Origin: Kiloniellales bacterium
GTDB lineage: Bacteria; Pseudomonadota; Alphaproteobacteria; Kiloniellales; JAKSDN01
Reading direction: 5' to 3'
Assembly: GCA_050330055.1 (NCBI GenBank)
Contig: JBHJOF010000282.1
Coordinates: 8,769 to 72,768, forward strand
Length of the DNA: 64,000 nt
The notes beneath the pieces are model-generated. The model did not search any database, was not told where the DNA came from, and was given only the letters and a program-made list of their open reading frames with translations. A program made the position numbers and the translations under genes. This document shows, piece by piece, positions 1-8,128 of the stretch (position 1 is the first letter of the stretch; the number at the start of each line of letters is the position of its first letter).

Positions 1-1
1 C

Positions 2-181
2 TACGTCGTCGAGAACCCCTACTACGCGATCACCGCGGCGGACGGCAGCTTCTCCATCAGCGACGTGCCGGCCGGCGAGTACAAGCTGGTCGCGAACCAT
101 GCGCTGACCGGCCCAATGGAGACCACGGCCAACGTCGAGTCCGGCGGATCGACCGAAGTCTCGATCGAGCTCAAGAGATAG
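2..181 (+). CDS. C-terminal fragment of a carboxypeptidase-regulatory-like (beta-sandwich) domain protein; 5' end lies outside the window
   Basis: Frame is open from the window edge to TAG at 179-181. The tail ...DGSFSISDVPAGEYKLVANH...GGSTEVSIELKR looks like CarboxypepD_reg-type domains. High GC3. Absent from the ORF track because there is no start codon in the window. Confidence 0.45.
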   Translation, partial: YVVENPYYAITAADGSFSISDVPAGEYKLVANHALTGPMETTANVESGGSTEVSIELKR

Positions 182-284
182 CCAAGGCCCACCAGACGCC
201 TGGGCGCATTGACGAGCGCGGATCACGTCACTTGCGCGGACCAAGAACCAAAAGGATCCGCATCGTTGGGAGGAGATTCAAGCC

Positions 285-1424
285 ATGTCTGATTTGCAAC
301 GCACGCGCCAAGAGATGGACAGGGTGCTGCGCAAGCCGGGGGCGCACCCCGATCGATCGCTGAAGCTCACCCGCCGCACCTTTCTGCACAAATCGCTCCT
401 GACCGGGGCGGTAGCCGGTGCCGCCACCTATGGCTGGTTTCCACTGATCAACACGATAGAGATTGCCCATGCGGCGGTGACGCCCTTCAAGTTCGCGTGG
501 ATCTCGGATACGCACCTCTATCCGAAGGACGTCAACACCCGCTTCGTCGACAAGGCAGTACGCGCGGTCAAGGAGGTCCAGGCCCTGGCCCCGCCCGCCG
601 ACTTCCTGATCTTCGGCGGCGATCTTGCCCAGCTCGGCGACCCTGTCGAGCTTGATCTCGGCAACGAGATCCTGAAGGAGGTGACGATCCAGAAGGTCTT
701 CATCCCCGGCGAGCACGACTGGTACCTCGACATGGGGGAGAAGTTCGTCGAGCTGTTCGGCGAGTCGCCCTGGAGCTTCGACCACAAGGGCGTGCGCATC
801 ATCGGACTCGACACGATCAGCCGGGCGCCGGACTACTGGTCGGCCAAGGGCATGAGCCCCGAAGAGCGCATGGCCCATATGTCGGTGCTCGATGGCACGG
901 TGGCCGGCGCCTGGTCCGGCGTCGGCAAGGACCAGCTCGACTGGCTGGCCAGCGCCCTCTCCGATTGGGACAGGGCGGCGCCGGTGCTGATCTTCAGCCA
1001 CAATCCGCTCTACGAGTATTATCCGCCCTGGAACTTCTGGGTGCGCGACTGGCGCGACGTCCACGAGGTTCTGAGCCCCTACGGCAACGTCATCAACATC
1101 CACGGCCACGTCCACCAGCCGCTCTACAACGAGATCGGCACCCTCAGGTCGGTCGGCATGCTGGCGACCTCGTGGCCCTGGCCCTATGCCCCGTCCGGCG
1201 TGCCGGCGCTGACCAAGCCGATGATCCGCGCCGATCCGGGCGATCACTTCGACGGCGTCGGCTGGAGCACGCTCAACATGTCGGACAAGATCGAGACCGA
1301 GTACGTGATGTGGGGTCGCGACCAGGTTTTCGCGGAAGCGGACGTCGACTCGGGCACCGGTGACAACGGCCCCGGCAAGCAGATCCTCCATCCGCGGATC
1401 GCCGACAACATGTGGCCGTACTGA
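285..1424 (+). CDS. Tat-exported metallophosphoesterase (calcineurin-like phosphoesterase)
   Basis: 379-aa ORF. Twin-arginine leader TRRTFLHKSLLTGAVAGAATYG. Metallophosphoesterase motifs: ISDTHL, GGDLAQ, PGEHD, SHNPL, GHVH. SD-like GGGAGGAG lies upstream of the ATG. Confidence 0.85.
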   Translation: MSDLQRTRQEMDRVLRKPGAHPDRSLKLTRRTFLHKSLLTGAVAGAATYGWFPLINTIEIAHAAVTPFKFAWISDTHLYPKDVNTRFVDKAVRAVKEVQALAPPADFLIFGGDLAQLGDPVELDLGNEILKEVTIQKVFIPGEHDWYLDMGEKFVELFGESPWSFDHKGVRIIGLDTISRAPDYWSAKGMSPEERMAHMSVLDGTVAGAWSGVGKDQLDWLASALSDWDRAAPVLIFSHNPLYEYYPPWNFWVRDWRDVHEVLSPYGNVINIHGHVHQPLYNEIGTLRSVGMLATSWPWPYAPSGVPALTKPMIRADPGDHFDGVGWSTLNMSDKIETEYVMWGRDQVFAEADVDSGTGDNGPGKQILHPRIADNMWPY

Positions 1425-1451
1425 GCGCCTGGCTGTTCGGCAGGCGCTTTC
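1425..1451 (+). terminator. Rho-independent terminator candidate after the phosphoesterase gene
   Basis: GCGCCTG (1425-1431) pairs with CAGGCGC (1441-1447) across a 9-nt loop, followed by TTTCC. It starts directly after the stop codon. Confidence 0.5.
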
Positions 1452-1559
1452 CGTCCGGCGGTCTATCTCGCCGGAGACACTGCGCTTCCCGAACCCGGCA
1501 AGAGGGCAACGGCAAGGGCTCCTCGCGTGAGCACCTTGCATGCGACTAGGGGAACGATC

Positions 1560-2057
1560 ATGAGCAAAAATCGACAGTTCGTCCGCACTTTCGTTGCGGC
1601 GAGCGCCGTGATGGGTCTGGCACTGGCGGCTGCGACCGGCTTCGACGTGGTGGTGGCAAAGGCGGGAGAGGCCAGGGTTCAGCTCGCGCACAAGAAGCCT
1701 CACACCGCGGAGCAGCTCAAGGTGTTCGAGGAAATCTTCATGGATGCGGTCCGCGACGGCGACCTGCTGTTCCACGGGGATGCGGCGACGGCCGAGAAGT
1801 ACGGCGTGAACCTGTCTCGGACGGGCATGGCCTGCGCCATGTGCCATCCGATGTCCGCCGACATACATCCCTACGAGTTTCCGAAGTTCCAGGAGCAGAT
1901 GAACAAGTTCGCCACGCTTCGCGACATGATCAACTGGTGCATCGAGAAGCCGAACGAAGGCGAGAAGATCGACAGCGACTCCGACGCCATGAAGGTGCTC
2001 GAGGCCTACATGTACTGGTCGACTCGCGGCTCGCCGCTCAATCCTGGCGTACACTAG
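1560..2057 (+). CDS. Periplasmic mono-haem c-type cytochrome (SoxA/SoxX-like fold suspected)
   Basis: Haem-binding CAMCH motif. Signal peptide MSKNRQFVRTFVAASAVMGLALAAA. INWCIEKP motif is reminiscent of the SoxA family. I prefer the ATG at 1560 over the GTG at 1527 given in the ORF track. Confidence 0.7.
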   Translation: MSKNRQFVRTFVAASAVMGLALAAATGFDVVVAKAGEARVQLAHKKPHTAEQLKVFEEIFMDAVRDGDLLFHGDAATAEKYGVNLSRTGMACAMCHPMSADIHPYEFPKFQEQMNKFATLRDMINWCIEKPNEGEKIDSDSDAMKVLEAYMYWSTRGSPLNPGVH

Positions 2058-3040
2058 GTCCTGATCTGCGTTGTCTTCTCGGAAAGTGCCCTGAAGGTCT
2101 GGGGCGCATCAACGAGGGCTCGCTGGTCAAGCTCTTCGGGTTCTTCGCGCCGTGCAGCTTCGCCCGCAACGACGGTCAGGAGGTGACCTGCCAGCGACTC
2201 CGCATTCTGTGGGCCGGCCCCTACGTGCCGAAGAGGAGCGCGGGCGCGCCCGTCGCTGCTCCGGCGACCGCTCATGCGTCGCCTCAGGCCAGTCTCTTCG
2301 AAGCCGCCGCCTGATAGACATTCCTCGCCAAGCCTGTCTACCCCGGGGCCGGGCGCTGTGCCAACGTCCCGCCCCGGCACGGGCTCACAAGGATACTTCG
2401 AAACGTAGGGTCTGATGGTGGCGCCCAAGATCCGATCCCGGCGGCGATCAAATTTCGATACTCGGCAGGGTCAACTCTCGGTGGTTTCCTGTCCCCGCAA
2501 CCAAAATCAAGCCGCCAATCCAACGGGTTGGCGGCGGTCTGATTCCGCGCTCCAGCGCCGTCCAGCGGCCTCAGGTAACACATAGGTAACAGCTGAAATC
2601 CAACTTGGGCGTGCCCGGATCACTGCACAGCCATTGACAGCTGCGAACGGCCTTCGATTCGAGATGCCATGTATCGATCCGCTGCAATGAAACCGCGCGG
2701 CCCATACAGCGGGGTGGCAGAAGCGATACTCAATACCGAGCCAGCATGTGAGATCTCCTCATCTAGGCAGCTCCGTTCGGCGCGCCATCCAGGCAGTTGC
2801 TATCTTGCTGGTCATGGCCAACCTATGCTCGCGGCAGTAGGCTTTTGAGATCGCATCGATTCTTTGTGCTTGCCCATGATGGACTGAGTGGAAAGACTTT
2901 GAAGATCAGAGCATTAATAGGCGGTGTGTGCGGAGTGTGTGCAGTCAGAATGAGATTTGCTTCGTCGGCGAGTGTCCAGCTCGTCAGTCAAGAGGCGGTT
3001 GGAGTCTGTTTGCCTAACTCCGGCAGGCTTAGGCATCCGT

Positions 3041-3087
3041 GCTCATAACCTGAAGGGTCGCAGGTTCGACTTCCGCCTCCGCAGCCA
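3041..3087 (+). pseudogene. Degenerate tRNA-fMet(CAT)-like 3' half with encoded CCA; relic or pseudo-tRNA
   Basis: CTCATAACCTGAAGGGTCGCAGGTTCGACTTCCGCCTCCGCAGCCA closely resembles the bacterial initiator tRNA 3' half as I recall it (CTCATAACC-GAAGGTCG-GGTTCAAATCC...CCCCGCAACCA). The T stem has an A-C mismatch and a G-T at 53:61. The anticodon-stem 5' strand is missing. A possible 5' acceptor TGCGGAG lies about 150 nt upstream at 2929-2935. Confidence 0.45.
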
Positions 3088-3360
3088 CATTTACCGAACA
3101 GACCGCGTCCTCCGAGAGAGGCGTGATCCCATTTGCCGGCCGCGCCGAGAGCCGCGTCGGCCATGTGCGCGATCTCGCCGATGAACTCGATCGCGAAGCC
3201 GCCCGCGCAAGCGCATGACGATGCGCCCGATGAAGCCGCGCAGGATCGCGAAGGCCTCCTCGGCTCGACCACCAATTGACTGGGAACCGCGTTTCCACGG
3301 CCCAATCTGCTCCGGCAACTCGAGCAGCCGAGTCATGGTCCGTCCAAGTCATGAGCGGTC

Positions 3361-5775
3361 TTAGAACGCAGGCTCTACGTTCCAAATGTCGCGCGCGTAA
3401 CTGCGAATCGTGCGGTCGGACGAGAACCAGCCCATGTGGGCGGTGTTCAGCACGGCGCTGCGGGTCCAGACGCTATGGTCGAGCCAGGCGCCTTCGACCC
3501 GGCGCTGTGCGTCCCAATAGGTTCCGAAGTCCCGCACTACCATGAACCAGTCGTTCTTGCGCAGGTCGTCGACCAGGCCGGTATAGCGGCGCGGGTCATC
3601 CGGCGAGAAGGTGCCGCCGGCGATTTGCTCGAGTATCTCGGCAAGGCGCGGGTCATCGGCGATACAACTTGCAGGGCCGTTGCCGTCTTCTCGCTGGACA
3701 GCGACCTGCTCGGCGGTCAGCCCAAAGATGAAGATGTTGTCGGCGCAGACAGCATCGGCAATCTCAATGTTGGCGCCATCAAGCGTGCCTATGGTGAGGG
3801 CGCCATTTATCGCCAGCTTCATATTGCTGGTGCCAGACGCCTCCATGCCGGCGGTGGATATCTGCTCGGAAAGATCGGCGGCCGGAATCAGGCACTCGGC
3901 CATGGAGACGTTGTAGTTCGGTGGATAGACCACCTGAAGGCGTCCGGCCATCAGTGGGTCGGCATTGATTGTCGCGCCGATGTCATTGATGAGCTTGATG
4001 ATCAGCTTGGCCGTGACGTAGCCCGGCGCTGCCTTGCCGCCGAATATCTTCACCCGCGGCGTCCAGTCTGCCTCGGGGTGGCGACGGATCTCATTCCACA
4101 GCGCGGCGGCATGGAGGATATTCAGCAGCTGACGCTTATACTCGTGGATGCGCTTGATCTGGACGTCGAAAAGCGCGTCGGGATCAATCAACATGCTCAG
4201 AGTGCGGCTTAAGTAATCGACAAGGCGCAGCTTGTTGTCGCGTTTGGCTGCTGCAAATCGCCCGCGGAAGCTGGCGTCGTCAGCCAGAGGCACCAGGTTT
4301 TGCAACTGCTCCAGGTCAATCACCCAGCCCTCGCCGATCGCCTCCTGCAGGAGGCCGCGCAATGCAGGATTGCAGTTGTAGAGCCAGCGTCGCGGCGTCA
4401 CGCCGTTGGTCTGGTTGACGATGCGCTCCGGATGCAGCGCATGGAGCTCCTTGAACACCGTCTGCTTCATCAGGCTGGTGTGCAGTTCCGAGACGCCATT
4501 GACCCGCCGCGCGCCGATGAAGGCAAGGTCGCCCATGCGCACCTCGTTGCCGTCGACCACTTTCATGCTTGCCGGGCGCCTCACCGTCTTGGCGTGGTGG
4601 GCGTCTATCTGCTCGATAAGCTGCAGATGCCGCGGCAGCACGCGGCCCATGAGGTCGACTGACCAGCGCTCAAGGGCTTCCGGCAGCAGCGTGTGATTGG
4701 TGTAGTGCAGGCAGTTGCGAGCGATCTCGAAGGCTTCGGTAAAGGATTGGCCGTGCATGTCGACTAGCAAACGGATCAGCTCCGGGAAGGCGATGGCCGG
4801 ATGGGTGTCGTTCAGCTGGATCGCAATAGTCTGCGGCAGCCTGGTGACGTCATCGTGTTGCATCAGGTAGCGGCGCAGGATATCGGCGAGGGAGGCGGCG
4901 GTGAAAAAGTACTCCTGCTTCAGGCGCAGCTCCTTGCCCCGCTCCGTGGTATCGTCGGGATAGAGCACGCGGCTGATCGTCTCTGCCAGCACCGAAGGTG
5001 CGGCCGCGGCCATGTAGTCGCCCATATTGAAGGGCGCTAGGTCGAATTCACGCTCTGCTTTGGCGGACCACAGACGCAGGGTGTTGGCCCAGCGGCCGCG
5101 CCAGCCCGGGACGGGCGTGTCGTAGCCGACAGCAAGGACGGTTTCGGCGGGGCACCAGCGGACGGCGCCGTTCTCCCTGCGTGTTTCGCCGCCAAAGCTG
5201 ATGCGGTAGCGGGTCTCCGGGCGCTCGAACTCCCAGGGGTGCGCCTGGCTCAGCCAATCCTCGGCCTCCTCTGTCTGCCAACCTCGCTCAAAGGACTGGC
5301 GGAAAAGGCCGTGGTTGTATCGGATGCCGTAGCCATAGGCGGCGAGCCCGACGGTCGACATCGAATCGAGGAAGCAGGCAGCGAGGCGCCCAAGGCCGCC
5401 GTTGCCGAGGGCCGCATCGGGCTCGTCGTTCAGCAGGGCGGCGTAATCGACGTCGAACTCGGCGACTACGGAACGTACCGTCTCATCGAGCCCGAGATTG
5501 GCGATGGCATCCTCCAGTAGGCGCCCGATGAGAAACTCCATGGAGAGGTAACACACGCGCTTGTAATCGGCGGCCCGGATACGGGCCGTCGTCTCGAACC
5601 AGGGGGCGATCACCAGATCGCGGACGGCGCGCGACACCGCGAAACGCCAGTCCGTCAGCGTGGCGGCCGCGGGACTCTTTCCGGTAGTGTAGCGCAGGTG
5701 ATACTTGATCGACCGGCGCAGATCTGCGGCATCGGGCTGACTGTCAGGAAGAAGGACAAGTGGCTCGTTCGGCAT
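3361..5775 (-). CDS. glgP: Glycogen/maltodextrin phosphorylase
   Basis: 804-aa ORF with hallmark GT35 phosphorylase sequence (YLSMEFLIGR, GNGGLGRLAACFLDS, EASGTSNMKLAINGALTIGTLDGANIE carrying the PLP lysine). Confidence 0.95.
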   Translation of the reverse strand: MPNEPLVLLPDSQPDAADLRRSIKYHLRYTTGKSPAAATLTDWRFAVSRAVRDLVIAPWFETTARIRAADYKRVCYLSMEFLIGRLLEDAIANLGLDETVRSVVAEFDVDYAALLNDEPDAALGNGGLGRLAACFLDSMSTVGLAAYGYGIRYNHGLFRQSFERGWQTEEAEDWLSQAHPWEFERPETRYRISFGGETRRENGAVRWCPAETVLAVGYDTPVPGWRGRWANTLRLWSAKAEREFDLAPFNMGDYMAAAAPSVLAETISRVLYPDDTTERGKELRLKQEYFFTAASLADILRRYLMQHDDVTRLPQTIAIQLNDTHPAIAFPELIRLLVDMHGQSFTEAFEIARNCLHYTNHTLLPEALERWSVDLMGRVLPRHLQLIEQIDAHHAKTVRRPASMKVVDGNEVRMGDLAFIGARRVNGVSELHTSLMKQTVFKELHALHPERIVNQTNGVTPRRWLYNCNPALRGLLQEAIGEGWVIDLEQLQNLVPLADDASFRGRFAAAKRDNKLRLVDYLSRTLSMLIDPDALFDVQIKRIHEYKRQLLNILHAAALWNEIRRHPEADWTPRVKIFGGKAAPGYVTAKLIIKLINDIGATINADPLMAGRLQVVYPPNYNVSMAECLIPAADLSEQISTAGMEASGTSNMKLAINGALTIGTLDGANIEIADAVCADNIFIFGLTAEQVAVQREDGNGPASCIADDPRLAEILEQIAGGTFSPDDPRRYTGLVDDLRKNDWFMVVRDFGTYWDAQRRVEGAWLDHSVWTRSAVLNTAHMGWFSSDRTIRSYARDIWNVEPAF

Positions 5776-5990
5776 GAGACCCCATCCCCCGCTTGCTTGA
5801 GCGCAAAGCCATAGGGCGGGCGGGCTCGCTTGGCAAGTCAGGCGACGATGGCAAGCTTGTGACCCGAAATGCTGCCAGTCCGTTGAGAAGCCGTGAAGCC
5901 CTGGGCCGGAAGTCTAAATGGGCGGCAGGGCATCGAAGGTTTGCGGCCGGTCGTCCCCGGCAGCGCAGTCGAACCGGTGCTGCTGAAGAA

Positions 5991-6015
5991 GGAACCGACT
6001 GGCTGAATTCTCGTT
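5991..6015 (+). promoter_or_regulatory. EcfG-type (general stress response ECF sigma) promoter candidate, GGAAC-N16-CGTT
   Basis: GGAAC at 5991-5995, exact 16-nt spacer, CGTT at 6012-6015. It sits in the glgP/glgA divergent intergenic region, 150-195 nt upstream of the glgA start candidates. Confidence 0.4.
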
Positions 6016-6166
6016 TAACCCAATGAGCAACGAGAACACAGCTTACATCCGGTCGCAGGGAACCTTGTTATGCATTTGATCTGACAGATCGCTCAAGACA
6101 CTGCCGCCATGTGTTCTGCGTGACCATCCAGCGCGGTCGGACCTTCGGGCATGCAGCCGACGAGGG

Positions 6167-7762
6167 ATGAGCTCGGCTCAAGGGCTTAAAGAAATGCGGC
6201 AGATCTCGATGAATGGCAGGACCAGAATCGCCTCGGCAGAAAGATGTCCGCGGGTCCTTTTCGCATCCCCTGAAATATACCCACTGGCCAAGACAGGCGG
6301 GCTTGGTGACGTCAGTGCGGCGCTGCCGGTTACGCTACAGTCTTCTGGCGTCGATATACAGCTTACCATGCCCGGTTACGGCAGGGCGCTCGATCTGGCC
6401 GAGGCAAAGCAACAATCGGTCCCGCTCGGAGAGATCGCAGGCATTGCCGGCGTGGCGCTTGTCTCAGCGCGCATGCCGGATACCGGCCTGCCGGTCTGGC
6501 TGGTCGACTGCCCAGCGCTCTATCGCCGGCCTGGTGGCCCCTACACCGACGACAAGGGGCAAGTTTGGCCAGACAACTCCATTCGCTTTGCCGTGTTTTG
6601 CCATGCCGTGGCGAGGTTGGCAGTCGGCTTGGCTGGGCTCTCCTGGCGCCCCGATGTGGTGCATCTGCACGATTGGCATCTCGGCCTCGTGCCGGCAATT
6701 CTGGTTTCACAAGACGCTCCACATCACCCGCGCACGATCTTTACTATCCATAACCTGGCATTCCAAGGACTGTTCCCGGCCGGGGACTTCCCCCATTTGG
6801 GACTTCCGCAAGAGTTCTTTGCCAGCGATCGCATCGAGTTCTATGGCCAAGTATCCTTTCTCAAGGCGGGGATCCGCTTTGCCGACCGCCTGACGACCGT
6901 AAGCCCCAGCTATGCGCGCGAAATCCTCACACCCGAATACGGCTGCGGCCTTGACGGGCTGTTGCGTGGCCGGGCGGAGGACCTGGTCGGCATCCTGAAC
7001 GGCATCGACTATGAGGCCTGGTCTCCCGAGGACGCCACGCGCGTTCCCTTTCCTTACAGTTCTCGGGATTTGGGGGGTAAGCGCCGGTGCAAGAGGGCAT
7101 TGCAGGGCGAAATCGGGCTTGCCACAGAGCCTTCGTCTCCTCTGATCGCCTTCCTCAGCCGGCTCACCGAGCAGAAAATGGCCGATCTCCTGCCGCAGGT
7201 CATGCCCACCATAGCCGCTCAGGGAGCGCAGTTCGTTGTCTGTGGTGAGGGTGAGCGCGCCATCGAGCAACTGTTGAGCGGGCTGGCGCTCCAGTATCCC
7301 GGACGGATGGCGATTCGGATTGGCTACAATGAAGCGCTGGCAAGACGCATCCTGGCTGGCGCCGATCTGCTTGCAGCGCCGGCACGTTTCGAGCCATGCG
7401 GCCTCATCCAGATGTATGCCATGCGCTATGGCACGCTGCCGATTGTGCGGCGTACCGGTGGCCACTGTGAAACGGTCGTGGGCGACGACAGTCGACGTGG
7501 GCGGTCCGGGCCGACGGGCTTCGTTTTCAATGAACCAACAGCTCAAGATTTGAACAACGCTATCGAGCGCGCCTGTCGTCTATACAGGCAAGCAAGCGCC
7601 TGGCGGAAGATGCAGGTTCGCGCAATGCGGCAGGATTTCAGCTGGCGGCGGTCCGCCGAGCGTTACTTGGCGCTCTATAGGGAAACTGTACAGGACAACG
7701 AGGAAGCAATCGCTCACGGAAGCCTAGGCGCCGTGGACTATCGGCTGCGCCCCGCGGTCTAA
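6167..7762 (+). CDS. glgA: Glycogen synthase (GT5, ADP-glucose type)
   Basis: N-terminal PLAKTGGLGDV motif, HDWH, and a typical GT5 C-terminal half. The start is uncertain; in-frame ATGs at 6167, 6194 and 6209 are all possible. Confidence 0.9.
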   Translation: MSSAQGLKEMRQISMNGRTRIASAERCPRVLFASPEIYPLAKTGGLGDVSAALPVTLQSSGVDIQLTMPGYGRALDLAEAKQQSVPLGEIAGIAGVALVSARMPDTGLPVWLVDCPALYRRPGGPYTDDKGQVWPDNSIRFAVFCHAVARLAVGLAGLSWRPDVVHLHDWHLGLVPAILVSQDAPHHPRTIFTIHNLAFQGLFPAGDFPHLGLPQEFFASDRIEFYGQVSFLKAGIRFADRLTTVSPSYAREILTPEYGCGLDGLLRGRAEDLVGILNGIDYEAWSPEDATRVPFPYSSRDLGGKRRCKRALQGEIGLATEPSSPLIAFLSRLTEQKMADLLPQVMPTIAAQGAQFVVCGEGERAIEQLLSGLALQYPGRMAIRIGYNEALARRILAGADLLAAPARFEPCGLIQMYAMRYGTLPIVRRTGGHCETVVGDDSRRGRSGPTGFVFNEPTAQDLNNAIERACRLYRQASAWRKMQVRAMRQDFSWRRSAERYLALYRETVQDNEEAIAHGSLGAVDYRLRPAV

Positions 7763-7806
7763 TGCGCCATACGCGCCGAACAATAGAACTCCTAGAGGAG
7801 GTGCCA

Positions 7807-8037
7807 ATGGAAAGTCCCCCGCATAGTGAGATCGAACGGCGAGCCTATGCCATATGGGAAGCAGAGGGGCGGCCGGTCGGACGCGCACTCGAGCACTGGT
7901 TTCGGGCTGAGCACGAGCTGCAACAGAAACAGAAGTCGAAAGCGACATCGGCGCGCGGCAAAGCCACGAAGGCGCCCACTGCGCGGAAGCGCTCGTCCGG
8001 CGCGAGGGCCAAGGTCGGCAGTCAAGGCGAAGGCTGA
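7807..8037 (+). CDS. DUF2934-type small basic protein
   Basis: IERRAYAIWEAEGRPVGRALEHWFRAEHEL matches the DUF2934 signature, followed by a Lys/Ala/Arg-rich tail. A strong SD (GAGGAGG) lies 6 nt before the ATG at 7807. The ORF track's 7762 start is probably too long. Confidence 0.7.
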   Translation: MESPPHSEIERRAYAIWEAEGRPVGRALEHWFRAEHELQQKQKSKATSARGKATKAPTARKRSSGARAKVGSQGEG

Positions 8038-8128
8038 CTTTAAGCATGCAGGATGGCGGCCCGTTTAGCGTCGGCGATCCGACTGTTGACAGTGACGGAT
8101 CGAAGAACAACTATTGTTAAGGCGAAAA

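Noticed and set aside
244-267. AGAAC-N15-CGTT upstream of the phosphoesterase gene
   Set aside because: It deviates from the consensus in both the -35 element (AGAAC) and the spacer (15 nt). It also lies too close to the SD and ATG.
228-2054. 608-aa minus-strand ORF spanning the phosphoesterase and cytochrome genes
   Set aside because: It is antisense to two ORFs with clear motifs (Tat signal plus phosphoesterase boxes, CxxCH). Its translation is Arg/Ala/Gly/His-rich low-complexity sequence, typical of shadow frames in high-GC DNA.
2929-3087. Possible tmRNA (two-piece alphaproteobacterial ssrA) or an intact long tRNA
   Set aside because: There is no G3:U70 pair, the discriminator is G and not A, and no AND-type tag ORF or downstream 5' acceptor strand is present. 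159 nt is too long for a tRNA, and no D arm or anticodon stem can be folded. It is kept only as a degenerate tRNA-fMet-like relic.
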